Assembly (NCBI GenBank): GCA_964567555.1
Contig: CAZMNA010000001.1
Location: 152,911-216,910, forward strand
Direction of reading: 5' to 3'
Origin: an uncultured Candidatus Saccharibacteria bacterium
Lineage (GTDB): Bacteria; Patescibacteriota; Saccharimonadia; Saccharimonadales; UBA10212
Length of the DNA stretch: 64,000 bases
Made by a program: the position numbers and the translations under genes. This document shows, piece by piece, positions 15,607 through 25,846 of this stretch. Every line of letters starts with the position of its first letter. Positions within the stretch are counted from its first letter, which is position 1. Below the pieces are notes generated by a model. The model was not told where the DNA came from, did no database searches, and saw only the letters and a list, made by a program, of their open reading frames with translations.

Positions 15607-17028
15607 TTAGCTGAGGCTAAAATATTGCGTTGAGGAGAGAGACCAGCCCTGAGCTTGGTATTCTCCGCTTCGCTTATCCAGGGAGTAGCGGCCCTCATAT
15701 GACCCGGCAGCTATTTGTTCAAGGGCATCTATTAAAATGTCGACTTCTTCGGTGGTGTTATACATGCCAAAGCTGATACGGACCATACCGGGCATATGCG
15801 AACGGTCATTGGCCATCACTTCGCTGGCGAAGCTTTTTATGCCTGCGCCCTTAATGCCTAGTAGTCTAATGACATACGGTTGCGCACAAAAGCAGCCGTT
15901 TCTTACGCCAATTCCCCACTCGGCACCAAGGATAGCGGCCACCAGTGCGTGCGGTATACCTTTGATGTTGAAAGCTACTACGCCCAGACGTTTGTCGGCC
16001 TGCCCGGGGCTAACATCGCCATAAATTTCTACGGACGGAATCCCGGCAAGTTTAGTTAGTAAATAGGCTGTCAGGCGTGCTTCGTGCTCAGCAATTACGT
16101 CCATGCCGATTTGTTCAATAATTTTTAGAGCCTTGGCAAAAGTAACTGCGCCAACAACGTTGGGTGAGCCGGCTTCGTCTCGGTCGGGTGCGTCTGCCCA
16201 CTCAACCCTGTCTTGGGTAACGACTTTAATCGTGCCGCCGCCGCAAAGCTCCGGGGCGCCTTGAGCAAAGGTATCTTTACGGCCCACCAGCGCGCCGGTC
16301 CCAAACGGTGCGTACATTTTATGAGCCGAGACGACAATGTAATCCAAATGCTCAGGGTCACCCAAACCGCGCATATTAATCCGCCGATGCGGCGCCAGTT
16401 GGGCGCAGTCAATCAATATCGGGGCACCAACCTCGTGAGCCAATTTGGCAAATAGATGAATGTCGGGCATCTGCCCAGTCACGTTTGACCCGCCACTGAT
16501 TGTTATGAGCTTAAGTTTGCCGGCATACTGTTTTAGTAATTGCCTGTAGTTATCAAGTGACAGATTCCCTAATTTATCAACTTCTATGTGTTTGACTGTG
16601 GCCTGGGCACGCCAAGGCAAATCATTACTATGGTGCTCGGTTAGACCAACTAAGACGATGTCGTCCTTACTCAGCCCGAGTCGGTACGATAATTTATTGA
16701 TAGCCTCGGTGGTATTTTTGCCAAAAATAACTATATGCTCGGCGGCATTAGCGCCAAAAAAATCCCTGACGACCATACGAGCATCGTCATACGCCTTTGT
16801 GGAAAGCTGGCTTTTAAAACCGCTGCCGCGGTGGACTGACGAATACCACGGCATGAATTCATTGAGAGTTTCAAGGACTGGTTTGAGCACCGGCGTAGAG
16901 GCGGCATTATCAAAATTTATGTAGGTGCGCGCTAAGCCGCTCAAAGTCGGCACCTTCTCATCTACGCCAACTATCAGCCGTCTGATTTTTTGTTCTTTAG
17001 CCGTAACTGCTACGACTTCGGTCTTCAC
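15607..17028 (-). CDS. class V aminotransferase-fold PLP enzyme (cysteine desulfurase-like)
   Basis: YINFDNAASTP, SSVHRGSGFKS and SAHKMYAPFGTGALVG (PLP lysine region). Confidence 0.8.
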   Translation of the reverse strand: MKTEVVAVTAKEQKIRRLIVGVDEKVPTLSGLARTYINFDNAASTPVLKPVLETLNEFMPWYSSVHRGSGFKSQLSTKAYDDARMVVRDFFGANAAEHIVIFGKNTTEAINKLSYRLGLSKDDIVLVGLTEHHSNDLPWRAQATVKHIEVDKLGNLSLDNYRQLLKQYAGKLKLITISGGSNVTGQMPDIHLFAKLAHEVGAPILIDCAQLAPHRRINMRGLGDPEHLDYIVVSAHKMYAPFGTGALVGRKDTFAQGAPELCGGGTIKVVTQDRVEWADAPDRDEAGSPNVVGAVTFAKALKIIEQIGMDVIAEHEARLTAYLLTKLAGIPSVEIYGDVSPGQADKRLGVVAFNIKGIPHALVAAILGAEWGIGVRNGCFCAQPYVIRLLGIKGAGIKSFASEVMANDRSHMPGMVRISFGMYNTTEEVDILIDALEQIAAGSYEGRYSLDKRSGEYQAQGWSLSSTQYFSLS

Positions 17029-17045
17029 TAGAGTTATCCGCTCCT

Positions 17046-17657
17046 TTGAGGCTTATTATACTCTTTGTGGCGCCTGCTAAAATAGCTGTAGTGGAAGAGC
17101 AAATTATACTGGTAGATACGGGCGGCAAAATAATTGGTCAGGCGCCAAAACTTGCCAGCCATCATGCCAACACGCCTTTGCACTTGGCCTTTTCCTGTTA
17201 TGTCTTTGATGAACAAGGGCGCTATTTGCTGACAAGGCGTGCGCTTAGTAAAAAAGTTTGGCCGGGATGGTGGACAGTTAGTTTCTGTGGGCACTTATCG
17301 CCGGGCGAGACAGCGGTTGATGCACTGCGCCGGCGGGCCGACTTTGAACTGGGCATAAAAAAGCTGCGCGATATAGCACTTATATTGCCCGATTATCGAT
17401 ATAAAACCCCTCCTTACAAGGGCATCATCGAAAACGAAATTTGTCCGGTTTATGTGGCCGTACTCAACTCGGAACCTGTTCCTAACCCCGATGAGGTCGA
17501 AGAGTATGAGTGGGTTGTGTGGCCAAAAGTTCTAAAACTAGTAGAGAACAACCCGGGCAAATATTCGTGGTGGATGGAAGATGAGATAAAACTGCTTAAA
17601 AAAAGTCCTGAATTTAAACAGTTCTTGGCTAAATTGATTAAAAAACGAACGGGCTAA
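17046..17657 (+). CDS. idi: isopentenyl-diphosphate delta-isomerase, type 1 (Nudix fold); exact start uncertain
   Basis: HLAFSCYVFDEQGRYLLTRRALSKKVWPGWWTVSFCGHLSPGE and ENEICPVY motifs. The track start is a TTG. Confidence 0.8.
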   Translation: MRLIILFVAPAKIAVVEEQIILVDTGGKIIGQAPKLASHHANTPLHLAFSCYVFDEQGRYLLTRRALSKKVWPGWWTVSFCGHLSPGETAVDALRRRADFELGIKKLRDIALILPDYRYKTPPYKGIIENEICPVYVAVLNSEPVPNPDEVEEYEWVVWPKVLKLVENNPGKYSWWMEDEIKLLKKSPEFKQFLAKLIKKRTG

Positions 17658-17712
17658 ATTGCAAAACTCTAATGCTTAGGGCTATAATCGGGCTTAGTAA
17701 GGAGAAACTAAA

Positions 17713-18012
17713 ATGTTAAGCGTTTTAATCTTAGGATTTGTTGCCGGTGCGCTGGCCGCGGCCGGTGTACCAAATTTTGTCAAAGGTATCAGCGGCGAGA
17801 AACACAAACCGATTGTTGGACCAACCGGCTCAGCTACTGAAAGCGTAATTTGGGGATGGCTAAGTCTAGCTATCGCTGCCGTAGTTTGGCATTTGGCGCC
17901 AATGAAAAATCACCCGCGAGCGGCTTTTATTGGTGTAGCGGTTGGTGTCTTGGTCATGGGCCTGTCTTTGGCTAACGCAAACGGCAAAAAGAAAGCTGCC
18001 GCCAAGGCCTAA
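17713..18012 (+). CDS. small membrane protein, hypothetical
   Basis: TAAGGAG SD 8 nt upstream. Three hydrophobic segments. Confidence 0.5.
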   Translation: MLSVLILGFVAGALAAAGVPNFVKGISGEKHKPIVGPTGSATESVIWGWLSLAIAAVVWHLAPMKNHPRAAFIGVAVGVLVMGLSLANANGKKKAAAKA

Positions 18013-18073
18013 TTGACTTTGCTACGGTAAATTTCCATACAGCGTTTGGGGCAAACTCTTCTATAATTAACTC

Positions 18074-18220
18074 ATGCCTCTATTGATTGTCGGCGTACTG
18101 GTGCTACTTTGGCTACTCGGCCTAATCGCCCACATTGGCGGCGGTTTTGTCTGGCTGTTACTGGTTATTGCTCTTTTGATTTATATTGCGGAGCATCTTT
18201 TTGGACCCCGCCGGACCTAG
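18074..18220 (+). CDS. lmo0937-family-like tiny membrane protein (48 aa), not in the supplied ORF track
   Basis: MPLLIVGVLVLLWLLGLIAHIGGGFVWLLLVIALLIYIAEHLFGPRRT. TATAAT (18062-18067) lies 6 nt before the ATG. Confidence 0.5.
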   Translation: MPLLIVGVLVLLWLLGLIAHIGGGFVWLLLVIALLIYIAEHLFGPRRT

Positions 18221-18677
18221 CAGTATATTTACTTACTACTAACCAGCCCAACCAAGCCGAGACTAAGCCTATTGCAAAGGCACCAATAATATCAATCGGT
18301 GAATGAACATGCACTGTCACACGGCCAATGCCTACTAAAACTGCCAGAGCGGCCGCGGCGGCTGCCCACTTTTTTGAAAAAGGATAGAGTATGGCACTTA
18401 GGGTTGAAGTTAGCAGCGCATGGTCTGATGGAAAACCATTGTCTGCTGGATGGCTTATTAGAGGCTTGACGTGCTGGGTGACAAATGGCCGGGGATCATA
18501 ATAAAGCTTGCTCCCAATCCGGCTAATTATTAAGGCTATAATGCCGGCGGTTATGGTGGCTAACATTAGCCGGACTCTTTTGTCTTTAGGCTGCCTGAAC
18601 CACACATAAAGCCAGATTAAAATTACTGCCACAAGAAGGTACTTAGCTGCAAAGATTTTTACGTTATCCATAACCAT
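18165..18677 (-). CDS. PAP2-family phosphatase (undecaprenyl-diphosphatase-like)
   Basis: Acid-phosphatase motifs PSDHA and HSPIDI in a 5-6 TM protein. Confidence 0.8.
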   Translation of the reverse strand: MVMDNVKIFAAKYLLVAVILIWLYVWFRQPKDKRVRLMLATITAGIIALIISRIGSKLYYDPRPFVTQHVKPLISHPADNGFPSDHALLTSTLSAILYPFSKKWAAAAAALAVLVGIGRVTVHVHSPIDIIGAFAIGLVSAWLGWLVVSKYTARSGGVQKDAPQYKSKEQ

Positions 18678-18735
18678 ATACTATAAGCGCTTGGTCCTGC
18701 ATGGTACAATTTTGTTATAAACATAAGGGGAAAAC

Positions 18736-18963
18736 ATGCAACCGCAAGCAACCATGACGCCGCCGAGCACTGAACAAAAAAAGACGGAGCCAGCGCCAGC
18801 CGCCGGTTCAGTCGGACCCACTCAAACCACGCCAGCCAAAGCTGGTTACGGCAAGCGGCCGATGTGGCAATGGGTGTTAATCTACGTTGTACTGGCCATT
18901 ATTGTCTATGGCATTATCTACTTTGTCTGGATAAGAAAAAGCGGCTCAACAAGCACCTACTAG
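18736..18963 (+). CDS. small Pro/Thr-rich protein with a C-terminal TM, hypothetical
   Basis: ORF with an AAGGGG SD-like element. Single TM WQWVLIYVVLAIIVYGIIYFVW. Confidence 0.4.
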   Translation: MQPQATMTPPSTEQKKTEPAPAAGSVGPTQTTPAKAGYGKRPMWQWVLIYVVLAIIVYGIIYFVWIRKSGSTSTY

Positions 18964-19082
18964 ATTCTAGCCGCTTCGCTCAGGTTGGATTCTTAAGTTA
19001 TAATATTAAGCAAAGTTTATTAAGTGCACCCTGGGGGTTTTGGGGTCTAAAAGCTTATAAAAAGCGTTAGAGGATATTTAGT

Positions 19083-20681
19083 GTGATAAGAAAATTAAGG
19101 AACCGTTTTAGCGCCGCCTTCGCTGCTGCGCCGAGCGAAAGCGTCGCCGCACCAACCAGCCACCGCGAAATCATGGTTATTTTGTCAGCCTTGATGCTGG
19201 CCATGCTACTGGCTGCCTTGGACCAGACGATTGTGGCTACCGCCCTACCCAAAATTGCCGTGGATTTGCATGGGCTTAATAAATATTCGTGGGTGGCGAC
19301 TTCTTATTTAATGACCAGTGCTATTGCTACGCCGATTTACGGCAAGATAGGCGATCTTTTAGGCAGAAAGCGGGTCTTCCAAAGTGCCATTTTTATCTTT
19401 TTATTCGGCTCGGCGCTGTGTGGACTTGCCCGCAACATGGATCAACTAGTCGCCTTCCGAGCCCTGCAGGGCATTGGTGCCGGTGGTCTGATGAGTCTAA
19501 TTTTGGCAATTGTCGGCGATATTATTCCGCCACGTCAGCGGGGACGCTATCAAGGCTATTTTGGTGCAGTCTTCGGCCTAGCCAGCGTAGTTGGCCCGCT
19601 GCTGGGTGGCTTCTTTGCCGACGCCCATTCAATTTTAGGTATCGCCGGCTGGCGCTGGATTTTTTACATTAATTTGCCAATTGGCGCTATCGCCTTGGCG
19701 GCCATTGCCACCCGTCTGCACTTGCCAACCGGCCGCATAAAGCACAAATTAGATTATTTGGGTACTGCCCTACTTAGTATTTCGGTTGTCAGTTTGATTT
19801 TAGTAGCGGTCTGGGCAGGTGTAACTTATGCTTGGGGCAGCCCGCAGATTTTGAGCCTGGCTGCTAGCTGTTTAATCTTTGGTACCGCGTTCGTATTTTG
19901 GGAACGGCGCGCCGCCGAGCCGCTGCTACCGATGAATCTGTTCAAAGACGATATCTTCCGGGTAGCCATGGTTCTGTCACTTTTGACTGGCGTGGCCATG
20001 TTTGCCGCCATTTTGTACATTCCTCAGTATCAGCAAGTTGTGCGAGGTTACTCGCCGACTAAATCAGGCTTGATGACCATCCCGCTGGTAGCTGGTATGC
20101 TGGTGGCTTCTATTAGTTCGGGTCGTACGATTTCAAAATTCGGGCGCTATAAACCCTTCCCTTTGTTTGGCACATTAATGATTGCTCTTGGCATGTGGCT
20201 GTTTTCGCATGTGTCCCTTACCACTTCGCCGCTTACCTTAAGTATTTGGATGGTTATTATTGGCTTGGGGCTTGGCTCGTTCATGCAGGTAGCTACATTG
20301 GCTGTTCAAAACTCCGTGCACCGTTCACAGCTTGGTACGGCCACCGGCGGCACAACCTTCTTTAGGAGTATTGGCTCAGCCTTGGGAGGTGCCGTTTTTG
20401 GGACCATATTGCTATCACGCTTGACTCATTACTTAACTACTGCTCTGCCGCCTAGCGCCGCCCACCACATATCGCTTGGCAGTATCATCACTACCGGTAC
20501 AGCTAATATTAGTCAGTTATCGCCGTCTGCGCACCGTGCAGTACTGGAAGCTTTTATCCACTCTTTTCATGATATGTTTTTACTTGGCATCCCGTTTGCT
20601 TTGGCAGCCTTTATAACAGCGCTCTTCTTACGCGAATCGCCGCTCAGGGAAAGCTCGCACATGTCTTCGGTTGAGCATTAA
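19083..20681 (+). CDS. MFS transporter, DHA2 (EmrB/QacA-like, 14-TM) family
   Basis: [24 protein letters not shown] and about 14 predicted TMs. Confidence 0.85.
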   Translation: MIRKLRNRFSAAFAAAPSESVAAPTSHREIMVILSALMLAMLLAALDQTIVATALPKIAVDLHGLNKYSWVATSYLMTSAIATPIYGKIGDLLGRKRVFQSAIFIFLFGSALCGLARNMDQLVAFRALQGIGAGGLMSLILAIVGDIIPPRQRGRYQGYFGAVFGLASVVGPLLGGFFADAHSILGIAGWRWIFYINLPIGAIALAAIATRLHLPTGRIKHKLDYLGTALLSISVVSLILVAVWAGVTYAWGSPQILSLAASCLIFGTAFVFWERRAAEPLLPMNLFKDDIFRVAMVLSLLTGVAMFAAILYIPQYQQVVRGYSPTKSGLMTIPLVAGMLVASISSGRTISKFGRYKPFPLFGTLMIALGMWLFSHVSLTTSPLTLSIWMVIIGLGLGSFMQVATLAVQNSVHRSQLGTATGGTTFFRSIGSALGGAVFGTILLSRLTHYLTTALPPSAAHHISLGSIITTGTANISQLSPSAHRAVLEAFIHSFHDMFLLGIPFALAAFITALFLRESPLRESSHMSSVEH

Positions 20682-21154
20682 GTAACGTAAGTCTGGTCTT
20701 CTTTGGTTTTCTTGACAGCCGAAAGTCTGGGTATAAAAGAATTGGCCGCGCCATCCAGACCCAAGACTTTTAAAGCCCCAATCAATACATAAAGTTCATC
20801 CATTTCCCGCTCGGAAATAACAGCTGAGTCCTCCGCAGCACGGAAGTACTGCTCCACTTTTTTGACCAGCCACTTTTCCTCTGAAGCCTTAAGCTGTTTG
20901 GGCGCGATTTCTTTTGGTACAGCGGATTTTATAACCTCCAAGGAGCGGGCAGAGTGATCGCGCTTAGCTAGATGTCCGCGCTTAATCAGATTATTGATAT
21001 GCAGCGCTACCGTGGCAACCGAGGTGTAATTAAGGCCGCTGGCAATTTCGCGGTAACTCGGACTGTAGCCGTGCGCGCTTATAAACTCATCAATAAAGAC
21101 CAGCATCTCTTGCTGTTTTTTGGTCGGCCGAATTGTGGTTTTTTGTTCGTCCAT
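20678..21154 (-). CDS. LexA-type winged-helix DNA-binding domain protein without the S24 peptidase domain
   Basis: N-terminus [52 protein letters not shown] is LexA-N-like. The C-terminal 80 aa lack the Ser/Lys peptidase motifs. Confidence 0.6.
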   Translation of the reverse strand: MDEQKTTIRPTKKQQEMLVFIDEFISAHGYSPSYREIASGLNYTSVATVALHINNLIKRGHLAKRDHSARSLEVIKSAVPKEIAPKQLKASEEKWLVKKVEQYFRAAEDSAVISEREMDELYVLIGALKVLGLDGAANSFIPRLSAVKKTKEDQTYVT

Positions 21155-21163
21155 ATTTTGCCC

Positions 21164-21646
21164 TTAACTATAGGCCGAGTGGCCATGAGCCCGATGTGCC
21201 AGCAAATGATGAATAGCCAAACGAAGTTTCAGTGAGTCGGCCTTATCCGGGAAGACCCAGAACCGATACCATACATAATTCCAGAAGGTGAAGAAACCAG
21301 CGGCAATAAACTGGCCAATAGCTGGTGTGATGCCACCCTTCTTCAGGGCCAGCAAAATCAGGTAGTTAAACAAAAAATCCACTAAGGTTATGAAAATGTA
21401 GCGGTTGGTGACGCGTGTCTGGTTCTGGGGCAGCCCAGCATTTTTAAATACCCAATAACGCTGCATAAGATAGTTTGCCAGCCAACCAATAACGGAACTG
21501 GTAATAGTCGCCCACCAAAGACCCCAGTGCAACGGATAATAAAACAGGTCAAGTAGCGCGGTGCCTACCAAAAAATAAATACCGCCGGAAAAAAGATACT
21601 CAACTAGCTGCCAGATTTTTTTATGAGTACGCTTAAACTCTTCCAT
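21164..21646 (-). CDS. GtrA-family membrane protein (polyprenyl-phosphate-sugar handling)
   Basis: 4-TM protein with GtrA-like RYWVFK / YRFWVF motifs. Confidence 0.75.
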   Translation of the reverse strand: MEEFKRTHKKIWQLVEYLFSGGIYFLVGTALLDLFYYPLHWGLWWATITSSVIGWLANYLMQRYWVFKNAGLPQNQTRVTNRYIFITLVDFLFNYLILLALKKGGITPAIGQFIAAGFFTFWNYVWYRFWVFPDKADSLKLRLAIHHLLAHRAHGHSAYS

Positions 21647-21811
21647 ACTTCTTATGTTCTCTCAAATTATATCAGCTACAACTGTGTGTGGCACTTGCAA
21701 TTGGGCATAGTGCAAGGCAGCGGTGAGCAGCACACCGCAGGCGTATTTAAAAATACGGCGAGGGAGTAGCGCAGCCGATAACGTAGCAGTATGCCCTAGA
21801 GCTTCGCGCTG

Positions 21812-23107
21812 TTAGCGGCTTTGCCGCTGAGCAGGCAGAAGCGGTGCAAGCGCTACACCGGCTAGTCCCCACCATATGTAGGCTAACGTGTCGTCAGTCC
21901 AAGCATGAGAAAACAGGCTAACTACCGTCAGCCCGGCCAAGCTTATCACTAGGCCCAGCGCCAGCGGATCACGGCGTTTAAGCCAAAGCTGCCAGCCAAC
22001 GTTTATATATATTGCTATAAAAAGAATCAGCCCCAGCCAGCCGGTTTCTTGGCCGATTTGGACAAAGTAATTTTCAGCGATCCGGCTTTTACTATTGTTA
22101 TATACCGAGGCAGGCCCGGCTGTACCGACGCCTCTCCCTAACGGCTGGTGAGCCAAATCGTGTAGTCCTTGCCTAAGAGCGGAGACGTGTTGAGCATTAC
22201 TGCTAATTTTAGATGTAGTGCCGGTTTGGGTGTGCAAGACATAGTTCTGGAAAGTTGGGTTATGCCGTAAACCTACTGCCAATAAGCCAAACATCAACAA
22301 AATTGCTGCTGCGCCGAGTGCCGCCAGCTGGCGAACTCGCTTAGTTTTTAGGCCAAGCAGGGCAAAAGCTAAGGCTGCGGCGGCGGCTCCCAGCCAGGCC
22401 TCGCGCGAATAGCTGAGTACCAGTGCCAAAGTAGCCAAACCGGCCAGGCCCCACCATAGGCTTCGGCCTTTTTTTATTAGATAGACACATAAAGTGCCAA
22501 GTACTACTAGCAAGTAAGCCCCTAGGGGGTTAGCACCGCGTAGAGTAGACATCGCTCGGACGTAGTGAAGATTATGGTTCACTGTCTCGTAAGGAAAGAT
22601 GGTGGCTGCGCTGTAGCCAAAATGTCTTAAAAAGTCATACGGTAAAACCAGCGATTGTAGGATGCCAAGCGAACTTACTAGCAGTGCCGGCCAAAAAACT
22701 AGCTTAGGCCAGTTTTGTTTTAACCAAGCCGACTTAGTGCTAATGACTCCAACCGCCAAGAAGAAAATCAAAAACCGTAAGTTAACTATCAAGCCGTAGC
22801 CTACGGCTTTAGCCGTCACTTTCCCCAAGGCGTACGGCACGATTGCCCAAACTAGTGACACTAAAGAATAAGCCGCTATTAATAGATAAAGGCGGTCTGC
22901 TCGTAGCTTTTGGCGCAAAGCCTCGTCGCGCCATAAAATACCTGACGCACCAACCGTCAAAACTACCAGTAAAAGTTCATCCCAAAGTCTCAGGGCGGTG
23001 TAATGTCCTACCCCACTTGATAGCCAAACTGTCAAAAAGGCGTGAAACGGCACAAGTACCAAAATGAGGCCCGCGATATAACTCAGGGTTTTGGCCGTTT
23101 TTGTCAT
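21812..23107 (-). CDS. O-antigen ligase/polymerase-family (Wzy_C domain) membrane protein
   Basis: About 11 TMs. A large loop with SREAWLG...H motifs is typical of the family. Confidence 0.7.
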   Translation of the reverse strand: MTKTAKTLSYIAGLILVLVPFHAFLTVWLSSGVGHYTALRLWDELLLVVLTVGASGILWRDEALRQKLRADRLYLLIAAYSLVSLVWAIVPYALGKVTAKAVGYGLIVNLRFLIFFLAVGVISTKSAWLKQNWPKLVFWPALLVSSLGILQSLVLPYDFLRHFGYSAATIFPYETVNHNLHYVRAMSTLRGANPLGAYLLVVLGTLCVYLIKKGRSLWWGLAGLATLALVLSYSREAWLGAAAAALAFALLGLKTKRVRQLAALGAAAILLMFGLLAVGLRHNPTFQNYVLHTQTGTTSKISSNAQHVSALRQGLHDLAHQPLGRGVGTAGPASVYNNSKSRIAENYFVQIGQETGWLGLILFIAIYINVGWQLWLKRRDPLALGLVISLAGLTVVSLFSHAWTDDTLAYIWWGLAGVALAPLLPAQRQSR

Positions 23108-24567
23108 ATATAATCAGTATAGCGACAATGAAATCCAACAGCTCACTTATTTACAGCCTGGCGCTCCTTTTAGGGGATTTTTTGGCACTACTGGCGGCTT
23201 TTGCCGGCGGTTTTTTTATAAGGGGCCAGCTTTATAACGCTCCGGTTGCCCACCCAATTAGCGGCACTACCTACCTTGGAATTTTGCTGCTTTTAACCCC
23301 ATTTTGGATACTGGTTTTTGCACTGCTTGGGCTATACAACAGCTCAATCTATGAAAAGCGTTTCGTTGAAGCTGGTCGCCTGCTTATGGGCTCATTTGTC
23401 GGCTTACTTTTCGTATCGGCTTATGCCTATGCTTCCAACCAACCGGTTTTCCCTTCCAAGATGGTGCCGGTTTGGGGATTTGTTTTGGCGTTTGTCTTTT
23501 TGGTGATCTTGCGCAATTTTAGCCGATGGCTGCGAGCCGTGCTTTTTTCATATGGTTTTGGCATTACCAATTTACTGTTGGTTGGTAACACTCGGATTGC
23601 AGGCGAGTTGGTTGAAGTCTTGGCGGACAGCCGTGTTTCCGGTTACGAGTTGCTCGGCGTGGTTAGCCCCAAAGCCAGGACTGCCCAGCGCTATCCCCAT
23701 CTGCCCCATTTTGATAATTTTGCCGAGGCGGTTAAAAAAATTCGCTCCAGCGACATCCACGCTATCGTGCAAACCGAACTATACGTTGACGGTGATAAGA
23801 ACAACGAAATTCTGGAGTTTGCCCAGACCCACCATATCGCTTACCGTTTTGTACCAGGTAATAGTGAGTTATTTGTTGGTAACATCGCCGTAGAACTCTT
23901 TCGCGGCTCAGTTCCCGTAATTGCCGTCCACCAGACAGCCTTGTTTGGTTGGGGGCGGATAGTCAAACGCTTGTTTGACCTGGTTTTCGGTATTTTATTT
24001 TTGGCCATTGCTTCGCCATTCATGGTAATTATCGCGGTTTTAAACCTCTTATTTTCCGGCTCAATATTTTTCAGCCATACTAGGCTAACCCGCTTTAATC
24101 AGCCATTCACTCTCTATAAGTTCCGCTCGCAATATAAAAAGTATGACGGTACTACACCCGAGCAAGCTTTTGCTAAACTGGGCCGGCCCGAGCTGGCTAG
24201 TACTTACCGCAAAAATGGTGATTATTTGCCCCATGACCCGCGCATTACACCCTTTGGGCGTTTTTTGCGACGAACCAGTCTGGATGAACTGCCACAGTTG
24301 TTTAATATAGTTAAGGGCGATTTAAGCTTGGTCGGGCCCAGAGCACTAATACCCGAGGAACTGGCAAACTATGAGAAACGTCACGATATTTTGAGTGTTA
24401 AGTCCGGTGTAACCGGACTGGCGCAGGTTTCCGGCCGGAAGGATATCAGCCATGAAGACCGCCGCAAATTAGATTTATACTACGTCCAGAACTGGAGCCT
24501 TTGGTTAGATCTGACAATTTTAATCAAGACTATTCGGGTTGTTCTCCAAAGCAGCGGAGCAAAGTAG
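23101..24567 (+). CDS. polyprenyl-phosphate hexose-1-phosphate transferase (WbaP/exopolysaccharide sugar-transferase family)
   Basis: C-terminal catalytic domain KRLFDLV..., RRTSLDELPQLFNIVKGDLSLVGPRA. Confidence 0.9.
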   Translation: MSYIISIATMKSNSSLIYSLALLLGDFLALLAAFAGGFFIRGQLYNAPVAHPISGTTYLGILLLLTPFWILVFALLGLYNSSIYEKRFVEAGRLLMGSFVGLLFVSAYAYASNQPVFPSKMVPVWGFVLAFVFLVILRNFSRWLRAVLFSYGFGITNLLLVGNTRIAGELVEVLADSRVSGYELLGVVSPKARTAQRYPHLPHFDNFAEAVKKIRSSDIHAIVQTELYVDGDKNNEILEFAQTHHIAYRFVPGNSELFVGNIAVELFRGSVPVIAVHQTALFGWGRIVKRLFDLVFGILFLAIASPFMVIIAVLNLLFSGSIFFSHTRLTRFNQPFTLYKFRSQYKKYDGTTPEQAFAKLGRPELASTYRKNGDYLPHDPRITPFGRFLRRTSLDELPQLFNIVKGDLSLVGPRALIPEELANYEKRHDILSVKSGVTGLAQVSGRKDISHEDRRKLDLYYVQNWSLWLDLTILIKTIRVVLQSSGAK

Positions 24568-24570
24568 CCA

Positions 24571-25668
24571 ATGAGGGTTGCCATAGTTTGCGACTGGTTG
24601 GTGGGCACCGGCGGCGCCGAGCGGGTAGTTTTAGAGCTTCATAAAATGTTCCCCGATGCGCCTATTTACACCAGCCAGTATAATCCGAACCCCAAAGTTT
24701 GGTACGATGACAAATGGTTTGTGGACGCAGATATTAAAACCGGTTGGCTTTCTACACTGCCCTTAGACCTGCGTAAATTTTTGCCGCTATTTCGAGCCAT
24801 ATATTTTAGCCGCCTAGATTTGTCGGGCTATGATCTAGTCATCTCTTCCAGCGGTGCCGAAGCAAAATTTATCAAAGTTAAGACACCGGCAGTTCATATT
24901 ACTTATTGCCATGCTCCAACCCATTATTACTGGGCCCGCTACGAGCAGTATTTAAAGAATCCCGGTTTTGGCTGGCTGGATCCTTTGGCACGGCTAGGTT
25001 TAAGACTACTAGTCGGACCAATGCGGACGTGGGATAAGCGGGCCGCCAAGCGACCAGATTTTTTTATCGCCAATTCAAACTTCACTAAACAGCAGGTTAA
25101 GAAATACTACGGGAGGGAATCAGAAGTTATTCATCCACCGGTTGATATTGAACGCTTTAAACCAAACCCGGCTGGTGAACGTCATGGCTTTTTAGCCGCT
25201 GGCCGTCAGACACCGTATAAAAAAATCCACCTAGCGGTGGAGGCCTGTACCAAGCTAGGCCTGCCCCTTACAGTTATCGGCACTGGCCCGGATCACCAAA
25301 GATTAGTCAAATTAGCCGGACCGACTGTCAATTTCATAACGGCTGCTACGGATGAAACTTTGGCCAGACACATGGCTAGCGCGGAAGCTTTTATCTTCCC
25401 GGGCGTAGATGATTTTGGAGTCGTTGCCGTGGAGGCTTTGGCCGCCGGCACACCGGTAGTAGCTTACGGCAAAGGCGGCGCACTGGATTACGTCAGTAAG
25501 ACCACCGGACTAACGTTCACTGAGCCAACCGTAGACGGTCTTGTGTCAGCTTTAACCAAATTTAATAAAGAAAACTTTTCGCCTAGGCTGATCAGGTTGT
25601 TTGCTGCCCGCTTTTCGCCAGAAGCCTTTCAAAAAGCTATGCGAGCTTTTATCATCCGAAGCAGCTAA
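24571..25668 (+). CDS. glycosyltransferase, GT4 (GT-B fold)
   Basis: MRVAIVCDWLVGTGGAERV N-terminus. C-terminal E(x7)E-type region FIFPGVDDFGVVAVEALAAGTPVV. Confidence 0.8.
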   Translation: MRVAIVCDWLVGTGGAERVVLELHKMFPDAPIYTSQYNPNPKVWYDDKWFVDADIKTGWLSTLPLDLRKFLPLFRAIYFSRLDLSGYDLVISSSGAEAKFIKVKTPAVHITYCHAPTHYYWARYEQYLKNPGFGWLDPLARLGLRLLVGPMRTWDKRAAKRPDFFIANSNFTKQQVKKYYGRESEVIHPPVDIERFKPNPAGERHGFLAAGRQTPYKKIHLAVEACTKLGLPLTVIGTGPDHQRLVKLAGPTVNFITAATDETLARHMASAEAFIFPGVDDFGVVAVEALAAGTPVVAYGKGGALDYVSKTTGLTFTEPTVDGLVSALTKFNKENFSPRLIRLFAARFSPEAFQKAMRAFIIRSS

Positions 25669-25846
25669 TTATATATGCACTGAACTAATTTTTGGTTCAA
25701 GTCTTTCCACATAGAGCTATTTTTTGTAAAGTGTTGAGGGTTACTCGCAAACAATTTTTTCTGGGGACAATCGTTTTCATATTCGTAGCATGTAGTTGAG
25801 TGATTTGTTTGTTCAACTTGGCCCAGAGAATGTATAATTTCATCGG

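Noticed and set aside
18109-18306. 65-aa ORF from the track in the 18.1-18.3 kb spacer
   Set aside because: The frame lacks start signals and overlaps both the better-supported 48-aa membrane peptide (a different frame, with its own -10 box) and the PAP2 gene.
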